64,000 bases of DNA from the NCBI RefSeq assembly GCF_020745735.1, contig NC_083409.1, forward strand, positions 12,281,423 through 12,345,422, in the 5' to 3' direction. The stretch's first letter is position 1. Each line of letters opens with the position of its first letter. Origin of the DNA: Hemiscyllium ocellatum. Its lineage: Eukaryota. The translations under genes were made by a program, and so were the position numbers. The notes beneath the pieces were generated by a model that was not told where the DNA came from, made no database searches, and saw nothing but the letters and a program-made list of their open reading frames with translations. This document shows positions 1 to 12,297 of the stretch, piece by piece.

Positions 1-224
1 TTTTCTTCCAAAATGAATCAGTGATATCTCTTTGATTACATTCCATCTGCGACCATTTGTTCATTCCATTACCTATTACCCTTTTTGAAGTTTGACACTA
101 TCTTTTTCATGATTCGTAGTAATCCCATCAGCAAATTTTGAAACCATGCCTTGTGCACTCAGATTTAAATATTTTAAGTAATTTTAGAATGAACTATTTT
201 ATAAACTATTTTAAATCAAGCTTC

Positions 225-1700
225 AAATTTATTGCCCATCTCTAGTTGCTTGGACTGAGTTTCTGAGCCAGATCATGGGGCCGTTAAGAATGAATCGCGT
301 CACTGTGTGGGACTGGAGTCACAGAACCGGGTGATGGCTGGGTTCCCTTGTCCAAACTACATTCATGAACATGACATTGAGTTTCATTGTTTTTTTTGTT
401 CAGATTCTAGCGCCTTCCTTCCCAGATATTACATGGCTCACCACCACCCTCTCCAGGACAATTAGGGAAGTGCAACAAATAGCCGCCACTTTGTGTCCGC
501 CCATCCCAGGAGAAATCAAAATAAATGAGATACACTTCAAATGATCAAACTGATGAGGCTTCAACTCATCTCTTTGAAAAAACTGAGGCTTTCCCAGAAA
601 TAAGCCATGACATGGGTGACCCTGGTTTGTCAGACTGAAAGGTGGAGTGTCCTTCGGATTGACACTGGGATCAGACACAAAACGAATTACACTCAAAGAC
701 CGAACACACACGGCTATCAAAGCGGGTCACCAAACTGCAAAAGACAGCAATTTATCTGGAAGAACTCAATAGGCATCAGTGATTATCAAGAGCATTCGGC
801 AAGCAAGTGTCAGATATTGTTGAACACACCAGAAACACAGTCACACAGAAAGAGAAGCTATTGGGATAGAGCAGGGAAACGGGAAAACTGAATTTCTCCA
901 CTGAGAGCTGAAGGAGTTTTCTCGGTTGTAACTCCTCTGAGAATGATAAAGATTGAAGGGCCGTTTATATTATAGACAACACTGCAGCGCGCAAGAAAGG
1001 ATGTCGAGTAGCAGATCTCCTTTAAATTGGAAACAATATCAAAATAAAGGTCAATGTGATTTTGGATTAAATATTCAGAGTGAGGAGATGGAGGGGAGAG
1101 TGACCATGGCAGCTGTCCTGAAGAACGGTTAGGTCATGGCTAGAATGTGCACAGTTAGGGGCTGCTTTGAGGGACAATACATAATGGGTCATGGTCAGGG
1201 GATCTAGGTCACAAGAGATTGCAGGCTAGCAAATGGAAAATGCCATGGAAAATGCAGATTACGGAATAGGGTGGGGGAGGTGTGGGTCCGGTGGATGGCC
1301 TTCAAAGGGTCGTATAAGCTTGCTGGGCTGTGTGGCCTGCTTCCACTCTGTAGGAATTCCTCATTCTGTGATTCTATGAAGGCCAGAACAGGATCTCGAC
1401 AGTGGAGGGAGGGTATTCTGATGTTCAAAAATTCTTCAACAAATAAACACAGTAAATATAGATTTAATATCAGTGCAGACAAACTGAAAGGCAAAATGAC
1501 ATTTTCTCCCATCACATACCAGGTACAGAAAAGAGATCAGGAAAACCATTTTGATGCAGTTATTGGAATTGAATGATGAATGATGATAAACAGAGTACTC
1601 CATTCAAAAAAAGACAGAATTACTTTTTAGAATTTCACCAGGCCTGAAGCAAAAGAGGAAATCAGGATCAAAGAGTCATATGAGAATATAGTACTTGGGT
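225..1700 (+). repeat. Inverted segmental duplication of 7735-8790 plus 11480-11655; partial third copy 20800-21150
   Basis: Reverse complement of 7735-8790 aligns collinearly to 430-1700 (e.g. acagtaaatatagattt, aaggcaaaatgaca, ctgaagcaaaaga, ggatcaaa). Reverse complement of 11480-11655 aligns to 225-390. Roughly 75-80% identity. Confidence 0.85.
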
Positions 1701-2184
1701 GAGATAAAACCCTTTCTGTGAAAACATTTCATTTTGCCTTGCTTTCTCTCCATGGATGCTACCTGACCCGCTGGGATCTCCATTCTTTTGCTGCGCTATT
1801 TCTTACAAATTGTCTTGTTGTGTGCAAGACAAAAGCTTTAACAAAATGTCTCTTTTTTTTAGCAACACTTGACTTTGGATCAGTTTGGAGAGAAAGCAGG
1901 GCCATGGAATCATCTTTCCCTGCAGGGAGGGAGGGAGTGTGTGTAGAATCTCCCATGGGCAGGTTCTCCTGGCTGCCACCACATCAGGAAGGCTGGAGCT
2001 TGATGATCGAGCTGAATGGACAGGGCTCACTCTCACAGTCCTCAGGGCCATGGAGCCTCTTGTGACGGAGCATCTGCTTGGTGTCAGGGCAGACAATGAC
2101 ATTGCAGTGGGATTAGAAATGGGACAACTCGACAATGGATGCTGCACAATGGCTGCACTGACTCTTCCTCTCTGACTGATCCCT

Positions 2185-2945
2185 CCCCACACACAGGAGG
2201 AGTTGCATTAGGAACCTGTTCTAAAGGGCTACAGCCCACTGCAGCACTCCCGACCTGCAAAGAGAAGAACACTTCTACAAAGACTTTTGCCAAGAACAGA
2301 TATTCCCGCAACTTCATCCACAGATGCATAACAGAAAAACAACGCAATGGGGACATGCCATGAGCTAACTCACTAGCCACACTACCTTATATAAAAACAT
2401 CACAGTACTCCAACCACTCAAACGGCCCAGAAACTGACAGCCACGCTCTGACAACCCACGAGAACAAAAGGCCCAATACCTACCGTGTGAAAGACAGATG
2501 TAATTTACAAGAATCCATGCAACGTTTGCACTAACTACCTCGAACAAACAGCCAGACAACTAGCCATCCGCATCCATGAACACCAACGAGCCACTAAACC
2601 CCATGAGCAGCTGTCCCGAGTAGCTATACACACAGATGACAAGGACCACAAATTCGACTGGGCCAACACTATGATCATAGGACAAGCTCAACAGAGGACA
2701 GCCAGAGAATTTCTAGAAGCATGACACTTATCCATGGGCTCCATCAATAAGCACATTGACCTAGACCCAGTATACCGACCACTGCAACGAACATCAGGAA
2801 CCAATAACCGGAAACAGCAGGAATCGAACCAAATAAATTCCAGAAGACACAGCACAACAGCACTTCACAGGAAGCACCAAAGCTCTGAAGATGTCACCGA
2901 GACAGGGGACAAAATGTTTACAAATCAACTTCCCAGCTCGGTGGG
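2185..2945 (+). mobile_element. Penelope-like retroelement, 3' part (RT thumb + GIY-YIG endonuclease), decayed
   Basis: HCSTP...FAKNRYSRNFIHRC; LATLPY; DVIYKNPCNVC..YLEQTARQLAIRIHEHQR...FDW...AREFLEA*...INKHIDLDPVY, with stops and frameshifts. Confidence 0.88.
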
Positions 2946-3519
2946 CGTACCCACAACTACAGCAAGGGGGGTGGGGTGGTGTGTGGGGGGGTGGGGGTGG
3001 TTCCTGTCCTACAGTGCTCTCCCAAACCTTACCTGCCATCTTCACAGTCAGATCTTCATGCCCCTTACTACACATGGAATTGGACTGCCTGGTCCTGAGT
3101 CTTATAACATCCTTCTGGGACAAAGTCTCCAGGTATCTCTGCACCTCCCTGATGTGTCACCAATACTTTCAACTCAGCCTCCAGTCGAAACACCCAGTGT
3201 GGGAGTTGTTGTAGATTTATGCATTCACTACAGATGTATTTAACCTGAGTCATTTTAACTCAATAAAGAAATGTTGATCCCATTTACAAATGAAAGATAT
3301 CCATTCCTCTGTTAAACCAGTAATTGTCTTCAGTATCTGAATTAAAGTTTTAGTGCTTTCCATTTATTGACCCTCCCGAATTGGGGTGTCCCGAAGCAGT
3401 ACAAGACGACATGAGGATACAGATGGGCTGGGAGGGTCCGATGGGCTGATCAGTAACAAGTGGAATTCATTCAGATAAATGTGAGTCAGTGGACTGAGCT
3501 CCCCCTGACCATGTGAGTG

Positions 3520-4200
3520 AGGTGAGGGCAGAGTGACAGCACTTGACACCAAGGCCTCTTTGATGGTGTGTGGCATCAAGGAGCCCGAGCAATGCAGCAG
3601 CTTTTCACCTGCTATTCCAGGGAAGGGATCAACATCAGGATCCCTCCGAGCAACTCCTGGGAATTCTGTCATCCCAAAGGGACACGTCCTCCTCCTCAGT
3701 TCCCACAAACAGCAGCAAGTCAGCCACACACTGTCCAAACTGTTTGGGGGAGCTGACCTGAACTCTCACAGCCCTGTGCCATGCTCTGCTGGAAGATGGA
3801 GGGACTATTGGGGAGTCCTCGGCACAGGCAGCTCCATCAATATTGTTGGTCTTTAAACGTGAAGGTGAACTTGTCCTGGTCCTCAGCCCTCCCTGACCCG
3901 ATATGGACTAGAACATGTTCAAAATGACCAACTGTGGAATGACCCACTGCCAGTCCGACAGCAATGAGCCAATCTGCTCTGAACACTCCCTGAGTGAGCT
4001 CACTCCATTATGTTCAGATACACTGCCATTGAGTGCCCAGGGAGCCCACCCTTACACTCTCTGGTTTTGATAGCCCTCCCATCACAGAATCCCCCGTGAA
4101 CCCCTTCAGTTCGTTCACCACCGGAGGGGCTGGTCTCAGTGGTTTTGATGGACGCATCTGTGGGTGAGATATAATGATATATAACTCAATATGTTCCCTA
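3520..4200 (+). mobile_element. Non-LTR retrotransposon RT fragment of a second LINE family (related pieces 20130-20640, 26130-26600, 50190-50700)
   Basis: VTALDTKA..D.VWHQG, QG-S-VLG-like and YSPLAWM.AAP..KKLD..Q.KAA motifs. Confidence 0.7.
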
Positions 4201-4619
4201 TTCCCCACCCACAGACGTATGGACACAGGCTCTTATCCATTCATCATACACTATCAGGCACAGGTATTCAGAATGGGTACTGCCCCTTCAGAGCACCCCC
4301 ATGGTGGATGGAGGGTTATGGAGAGAAAGGTTCCCTCCCCACTCCGGGTTTGGACCTTTCCCATCTACACTCTGAGTTCAGCTCACTCTCAACATGATTC
4401 TTCAATCTTTCTGAACTCCAACATACCTTCCTTCTTTCCTCCATTTATTGGGGATGATTTTCTCAGGGCCCTGCATTCCTGCTGAAAGTGCCCTTCTGTC
4501 CCTAACTGTAGTATTGCCCTCCTGCTCCCGGGACCCCATTGCCCCCTCTATTCTCCCCCTCGTGTTCCGTGCCTTGAGGGTGGAGGGTTTCAATTCACAC
4601 ACCTTTTCCCTGAGGCTTC

Positions 4620-5336
4620 AGCTCGGGCCATTTCCAAAGCACACACGAGACAGAGACTGAATCTTCTTCATCTTTATTCCCTTTTCCAGATTGACATTGA
4701 CAGAAAACAGTCAGCAATTAACAGCCCAGACAGAGGAAGCTGCTCAAATTCACAGCCACAATGGAGCTTGAGGAAAACACTTGTGGAGATTTTCTCAATA
4801 ACCTGAGAATCCTGTCCCTTTAAACAGTGACAAAACCTTATATTGGAACTGGTGGCTGAGCAGGAAGGAGATCTGGTTTACTGAAGCAGAGACTTCTGAG
4901 GTTCACATTGTTTTTATACAGCTCACAGTTTTCAATCTTTGAAAGGTTATGCTTGTTATTACAAGTTAACACTGTCCCCAACAAACAGTCTCCTGGACAG
5001 GGACAGAATAGGGTCAGATACAGAGTAAAGCTCTTTCCGTACTGTTCCCACCAAAGACACCCAGGACAGGGACAGGATAAGAAACAGAATAAAGCTGTCT
5101 CCACACTGTCCTCGTCAAACACTCCCAGGACAGGGACAGCACTGGTTGGGAACAGAGTGAAGCTCTCTCTATAGTGTCACAGTAACCTGCCTTAACCCCT
5201 GAACCTCAGAGTCTCCCAGAGGCCAGTCTCAAGAAGGAAGAGAGTTGAAATTCAGTGCTGACAATGACCTTTGTCCTGCCAGCTCAGCCCTGTTCTATTT
5301 AAAGTTGTGTCTCCTCTGTGGACTGTCTCAAACACA
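4620..5336 (-). other. C1 3' UTR/flank, paralogous to 17740-18300 and 33245-33796; putative polyA signal
   Basis: Near-identical blocks in all three copies (gagactgaatc, aggaaaacacttg, ctgaggttcacattg, cctgaacctcag). AATAAA on minus at 4673-4678 and 17771-17776, but AATAAC at 33263-33268. A ~70-bp unit is present 3x at 4960-5180 versus 1x in C2 and C3. Confidence 0.8.
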
Positions 5337-5425
5337 TTACACACATTCTGATCTCCTGATGCTCTTGCGAGGGGAGAGGAGAAGGTCACATGGGTGGGGG
5401 CACAGGAGAAATGAGTGTTGGACTG
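5337..5425 (-). pseudogene. IGKC: Ig kappa-type constant exon remnant, copy C1
   Basis: Only SNTHFSCAPTHVTFSSPL/KSIRRSECV* remains (1-nt deletion inside). At 5425 it is fused to upstream intron sequence (ggcaaaa...tgaacatttg) through ACT microhomology, a deletion equivalent to 33886-34210 of C3. Confidence 0.9.
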
Positions 5426-5829
5426 GCAAAAGTATCATTTTGAACATTTGTATCCAATACCCAACAAACCCGATGTTTTTTAAATTCCCTTTTATTGTGG
5501 ACATTGAAGTCCCCCACCCAGAGTACATTCTGTGCCCTCACCACCCTCAGAGCTTCCTCCAAGTGCTATTCAACATGGAGGAGAGATTGACTCATCAGCC
5601 GAGGGCGGACAGAACATGGTCATCAGCCAGAGGTTTCACAGAATCAGAGAATCATACAGTGTAGGAGAGGTCCCTCATCTGATCATGTCTGTCCCACCAA
5701 GGCAAAACTAAAGCTACTCTCCATCAGCTTTCCAGAACTGGGTCCAAAGAATTGAATGTTCGGATATTTCAGGTGCCCATCCAGGTATTTTCTAAAAGGT
5801 ATATTTGTTAAATATTGACCAAGACACCA

Positions 5830-6290
5830 TGGGGATCTGCTCTGCTCTTCTAATAGTGGCATGGCATCTTCTACTGCACCCTGAGAGGGCAGACATCAGA
5901 ACATCCCATCTGAAAGATAGTCTCTGAGCACTGAACCTCTGACAGTGTTGCGCTCCCTCAGTATTGACACACCAGCAGTGCAGCACTCCCTCAGCATGAA
6001 CTATCTGATAGTGCAGCACTCCCACGGTATTGACTTTCTGACAGTGCGGAATTCCCTCAGTACGAACCCTCTGACAGTGTGGCACTGTCTCATTACTGAC
6101 CTTCTGACAGTGCAGCACTCCCTCAGTACTGACCCATCATTAGGGCAACACTCCCTCAGTACTGACCCTCCAATAGTGTGGCACTCCCTCAGTACTGTCC
6201 TTCTGACGTGCTGCATTCCCTCAGTACTGACCCTCTGACAGTGCTGCACTCCCTCAGCGCTGCACTGCACTCTCAGCCTTGATAATTTGC
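5830..6290 (+). mobile_element. Deu-domain SINE with an internal 33-bp tandem array (~10 units, 5941-6270)
   Basis: aatagtggcatggcatc...gagagggcagac...catcccatctgaaaga followed by repeats of gacagtgcagcactccctcagtactgaccctct. Confidence 0.75.
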
Positions 6291-9244
6291 TTCAGTGATA
6301 GAATCACGTAATGATGGAATCTGAACAATGTTGAAGCAGGCCATTCACCCCAATGAGTTCACACCAATCCTCCGAAGAGCATCCCACCCAGATCCAAACC
6401 ACTGCACTATCCCTGCAACCTGCATTTCCCAATGGCTCATCCACCCAGTCTGCTACATTGTGAGTGTGAGGGGAGAGTGATCCCCACTGAGACCAGGCTG
6501 AAACCTCCCAGTCCAATGGCCTGCCTTGCTTCACCATCCCAGCCCACACTTGGAGGAATGAGACCACCTGGGGAGGCTCGAGATGTTTCCCAGCCAGAGA
6601 TAGTGCCTTCAGGAGAGAGATGGTGAACAGATGATAGGGGCAGGGGGCAGTGGGGTCTGTGGTCTTGAGGTGGGGTGTAGGACACATTGAAGCAGGCGAT
6701 GGCAGGTGCTGAACCCTTTCCCCAGAAAGAGTTTGTAAGTTGATGGGTGAAAGTAGTGGGGGGGGGGGGGGCACTAGAGTAATCTTTTGTTGCTGCTGAA
6801 ACTCTTGCTGCCTGCTCAGTCACGTCTGAGAGACACACAGACACATCAGACACACAGGAGGCAGCTTTCTGTGGATGTTCTCCTGGGCCAGGCCTCATCA
6901 ATCATGGAGCTATGGTCAGTAACAGTGTAAGCTGTGTGGCCCTGAAAGCCTGAGTCTGCAACTCAGCTCGGAAGGACGTCAGCTCATTCATCAAAACTGG
7001 TTCTGTCCCTCTGCAGCCTAGCCGGTCTGCCTGTGCCTTTTCACCACTCCCAGGTTTTCCCTTGTGTTACAGCTCATTCTCCTGAGGGACAGCTGTACTA
7101 AGGCCCAGTGGAGTGGACTCGATGGGGCCGAATGGCCTTACTTCCACTCCTCTGTCTTCTGACCTTGTCACTCTGTCAGATCCTCTGCAAGAAACTCATG
7201 GCTAACCATCGCCCTCTCCAGGATAGTTAGGGAAGGACAATAAATAGCAGACACGTCAATGCTCTCCCCATCCCAGGAGGAATCAAAATAACTGATGGAC
7301 AATTCAAACAATCAAACTGATGGAAGGTGGTTAACTCAGTCCAGTGATTAAACTTCACCTGGTAATTCCTGCATTAAGTTCAAGATGAAACTATCCTGGT
7401 CTCTGCTGAATTTAGATCAATTTTCATTGTTAACTTAATACATTTCCATCTTCATTCTTTCTCTGCAAACTGATCCTCATTTGAATGTTGCGAAAACAAA
7501 ACATTTTGTTGAAGCTTTTTGTCTTGCATACATCAGGACAATTTACAAGAAATGCCACAGCAAAGGGAAACAATATTTAAACTGACGTGTTCATAGTGAC
7601 AACACCTCAGCCTGTCAGCACTTTCCTCATATGCAATATCAATGCCATGTTTTTCTCCTTTGCTTGGTACTTTTACAATTATCCTGATGAAGGCAAAATG
7701 AAAAGCTGCTAAAAACCTGGCAATTTTCAGGCCAGTTCAATATTGTCAAATGACTATTTGATCCTAATTTGTTCTTTTGCTTCAGACCTGTTCAAATTCC
7801 AAGAAGTAATTCTGTCCCATTTTGAATGGAGGACCCAGTTTACCAGCACTCACTGAATTCCAATCTTTGCATCAAAATATTTTTCCTGATCTCCTTCCTG
7901 TACCTGGTGAATGACCGGAGAATGTGTCATTTTGCCTTTCTATTTGTCAGTATTGACAGTAAATCTACATTTACTGTGTCGATTTCATAAAGAAGTTTTG
8001 TTATCAGAATACCCTCCCTCCCCCCCTCGAGATCCTGTTCTGGTGTTTCCCTGTAACCTAGATCCCCTATCCCTGTCCCTGGACCATTCTGCAATGCCCC
8101 TCAATGAAGCTCCTAACTGTACACCATATCCCAGATGTGACCTAACCATTCTTCAGTACAGCTGTCCTGGCCACTCTCTCCTTACTCTCAATATTCATTC
8201 CAAAATCCCACTGGCTTCACCCATTTCTTTTTTCTGATTTTTCTTTCCCAATTTTAAGTATTTATGTTGCCCAACATCCTTTCTTGCCCACTGCTGTACA
8301 TTGTTTACAATATGAGCTGCATTTCATCCTTTAACGTTCTGAGTCATTACAACCAGGAAAGCTCTCAATAGAAAAATTCAATTAATCCCATTGCCCTGCT
8401 CTATCCCAACAGCTTTAGTGTATTTATGGTGCATTCAATGACATCTGACACTTGTCTGTCTTACCCTCTTACACCCACTAATGGCTTTCTCTTGAGTTCT
8501 TCCTGACAAATTGCTGTTTATTGCAGTTTGGTGACACACTTTGGTAGCCGTTTGTTCGGTCTTTGAGTGTAACTCATTTTGTGCCTGATCCGTAGGGGAC
8601 TCCACCTTGCAATTTAAAAATGCAGGTTCACCCATGTCATGGCCGATGCTCTAGTCTTTCAAAGCAATGAGTTCAAGCCTCACCAGTTTAATCATTTATT
8701 TTCATTTCTCCTGGGACAGGGCAAGCTTTGATTTGTCTGCTATTTGTTGTCCTTCCCTAATTGTCCTGGAGAGGGCAGTGGTGAGCAATGTCAAATCTGG
8801 AACATAAAACATTACAGCGCAGTACAGGCCCTTTAACCCTCTGTGTTGCACCGACCTGGGGAACTATTCTCTTCTTCTGCCTGGGAACCCTCCAACCACA
8901 AGGGATGAACTCAGATTTCTCCAGTTTCCTCATTTCCCCTCCCCCCACCTTGTCTCAGTCGATTCCCTCGAACTCAGCACCACCCTCCTAACCTGCAATC
9001 TTCTTCCTGACCTCTCCGCCCCCACCCCACTCCGGCCTATCACCCTCACCTTGACCTCCTTCCACCAATCACATCTCCATCGCCCGTCCCCCAAGTCCCT
9101 CCTCCCTACCTTTTATCTTAGCCTGCCTGGCACACTCTCCTCATTCCTGATGAAGGGCTCTGGCCCGAAACGTCGAATTTCCTGTTCCTTGGATGCTGCC
9201 TAGCCTGCTGTGCTTTAACCAGCAACACGTTTTCAGAACTATTC

Positions 9245-11450
9245 TGAAGCCCATCTATCCTACACTATTCCATTTTCATCCATATGTTTATCCCGTGACC
9301 ATTTAATTGCCTTTAGTGTTGGCGAGTCTGCTACTGTTGCAGGCTGTGCATTCCATGCCCCTACTAGTCTCTGAGTAAAGAAACTACTTCTGACATCTCT
9401 CCTATATCTATCACCCCTCAATTTAAACCTATGTCCTCTCAGCATCTGAGGAAAAAGGCTCTCATTGTCCACCCTATATAACCTCGTGATTATCTTAGTA
9501 TATCGCAATTAAGACAACTCTCAACCTTCTTCTCTCTAACAAAAACAGCCACAAGTCCCCCATCCTTTCCTCATAACGCCTTCCCTCCATGCCAGGCAAC
9601 ATCCTAGTATATTTCCTCTGAATTCTTAAATTCCCACATCCTTTTTTTAATGCGGTGACCACAACTGAATGAAATACTCCAATTGTGGCCACACCAGAGT
9701 TTTGTACAGCTGCAACATGATCTCATGGCTCCTAAATCCAATCTCTCTACCAATAAAAGTTAACCCACCATAAGCCTTCTTAACCACCCTATCAAACTGG
9801 ATGGCAACTTTCAAGGATCTGTGTACATGGACACTGAGATCTCTCTGCTCATCTACACTACTAAGCACCTTACCATTAGCCCAGTGCTCTTTATTCCTAT
9901 TGCTCCTTTCAAAGTGAATCACCTCACATTTTTCTGCATTAAACTCTGCATTTCCCACCTCTCAGCCCAGCTCTGCAGCTTATCCATGTCTCTGTGTAAC
10001 CTGCAATATCCTTCAGCACTATCCACAACTCCACAAACCTCAGAGTCATCCGCAAATTTATTCACCCATCCTTCTATGCCCTCATTCAGGTAATTTATAA
10101 AAATGACAAACAGCAGTGGTCCCAAAAGAAATGTTTGCGTTACACCACTAGTAACTAAACTCCAGGATGAACATTATCCATCAATAACCATGTTCTGTCT
10201 TCTTTCAGCTAGCCAACTTCTGATAAAACCGCTAAATCACCCTCAATCCCATGCCTCTGTATTTTGTGCAATAGTCTATCGTGGGGAACTTTATCCAATG
10301 CCTTACTGAAGTGCATATCCACCACATCAACCGCTTTACCCTCATGCACCTGTTTGGTCACCTTCTCAAAGAACCCAATAAGGTTTGTGAGACCCGATCT
10401 ACCGTGTTGACTATCCCTTTCTAGATGATTATAAATCCTATCTCTGCTAACCTTTTCCAACATTTTACCCACAACTGAAGTAAGGCTCACTGGTCTATAA
10501 TTACCAGGGTTGTCTCTACTCCACTTCTTAAACAAGGGGACAACATTTGCTATCCTCCAGTCTTCTGGCACTATTCCTATAGACAATGACAACATAAAGA
10601 TCAAAGGTAAGGTCTCTGTAACCTCCTGGCTTCCCAGAGAATCCCAGGATAAATCCCACCCAGCCCAGGGGACTTATCTATTTTCACACTTTCCAGAATT
10701 GCTAGTACCTCCTCCTTGTGAATGTCAATCCTGTCAGTCTAGTAGCCTGTATCCCAGTATTCTCCTTGACAACGTTGTCTTTTTCCAGTGTGAATACTGA
10801 AGAAAAATATTCATTAGCACTTCCCCATCTCTTTGCACTCCACGTACAACTTTCTACTACTCTCTTTGATTGGCCCTAATCTTTCTCCAGTCATTCTTTT
10901 ATTCCTGATATACCTATACAAAGCTTTCGCATTATCCTTAATCCTATCCACCAACAACATCTCATGTCCCTTCCTGGCTTCCTAGCTCTCTCTTTTGGTC
11001 TTTCCTAGCTAACTTGTAACTCTCAAGCACCCAAACTGAGCCTTCAGGTCTCATCCTCACATAACCTCCTTCTTCCTCTTGACAAAAGATTCAACTTCTT
11101 TAGTAAACCACAGCTCCCTCGCTCGGCCACTTGCTTCCTGCTTGACAGGTGCATACTTATCAAAGACATGCAGTCGCTGTTCCTTGAATAAGGTCCACAT
11201 TTCAGTTGTGCCCATCCCCTGCAGTTTCCTTCCCCGATCCTATTCATCCTAAATCTTGCCTAATCGTATCATAGTAGCCTGACTCCACCAATAACCTTTG
11301 CCCTGCAGTATATATCTATCTCTTTCCATTGGTCTGGTAAACAAAACCAAATTGTGGTCACTATCATCAAAGTGCTCACCTACCTCCAAATCTAATAACT
11401 GGCCAGTTTCATTAACCAGCACCAAACCCAACGTGGCGTTCCCATTCTGG
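9245..11450 (-). mobile_element. Decayed CR1 ORF2
   Basis: PEDWRIANVVPLFKK, NYRPVSLTS, KALDKVPH, FADD, PQLEY..QLWSPH across several frames. Confidence 0.9.
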
Positions 11451-11788
11451 GAAGGAAGGTGCTGGGATGGGTACAAACAAAAACCATGAAACTCAATGTC
11501 ATGTTCACAAATGTTCTTTAGGCAAGGGATCCCAGTCATCACCCGGTCTGTGACCCCAGTCCCACAGTGACATGATTCATTCTTAACGGCCCTATGACCA
11601 TCCTCAGTAAAGAACTCAGTCCGAGCAGCTGGAGATGGCAATAAACATGAGGCTTGTCAATTACATTAATGCCCCGAGAAGGAATAATGCAGCTCTTTGC
11701 TGTCTGCCTTTAAGCCTCGGGTCCACCACACTCTCGCTGTCATGGGTCTCTAATCCTCTCACATTAATTCATTAGATGATGGCAATAT

Positions 11789-12012
11789 GTGGGCGGCACG
11801 GTGGCACAGTATTCAATTCCCACCTCAGGCTACTCTCTGTGTGGAGTTTGCACATTCTCCCCGTGTCTGCGTGGGGTTCCTCCGGGTGCTCTGGTTTCCT
11901 CCCACAATCCAAAAATGTGCAGGTTAGGTGAATTGGCCATGCTAAATTGCCCATAGTGTTAGGCGTGGATTTGTTGGGCCGAAGGGCCTGTTTCCACACT
12001 GTAAGTAATCTA
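11789..12012 (+). mobile_element. Shark tRNA-derived SINE (HE1/V-SINE-like); other copies 24945-25225, 25372-25675(-), 25850-26100(-), 26630-26962, 31180-31370, 61490-61790(-)
   Basis: gggcggcacggtggcacagt...tgtgtggagtttgcacattctccccgtgtctgcgtggg...ggccatgctaaattgccc...gggcctgtttccacactgtaagtaatct. Confidence 0.85.
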
Positions 12013-12297
12013 AAAAAAATGCGTTGAGCTTTTACTTTGAACTGTCAGGTCTCTTTTCCCATGCCTCTCTCCTCCCACCTCCTTCCAAGCCTTTCACCAT
12101 ATGTTTCCTGTGACAGCCTTGCTGTGCAGAATGAAAGCTCTCTGTGTTCTCTGAGCCCTTGCTCTATCTTGTGTCTGTCTACTCTCCAATGTTCATTTAC
12201 TCAGGAAGGTAAGTGTTACAGAATTAAGTGGGAATATGTTCCAGGTCAGCCATGGCCTGACTGACTGACTGGGGAACCAGGCCAAAACAACTGATAA

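Noticed and set aside
5792-6270. ORFs with repeating HCQRV / TVQHSL units
   Set aside because: Translation of the 33-bp SINE-derived tandem array.
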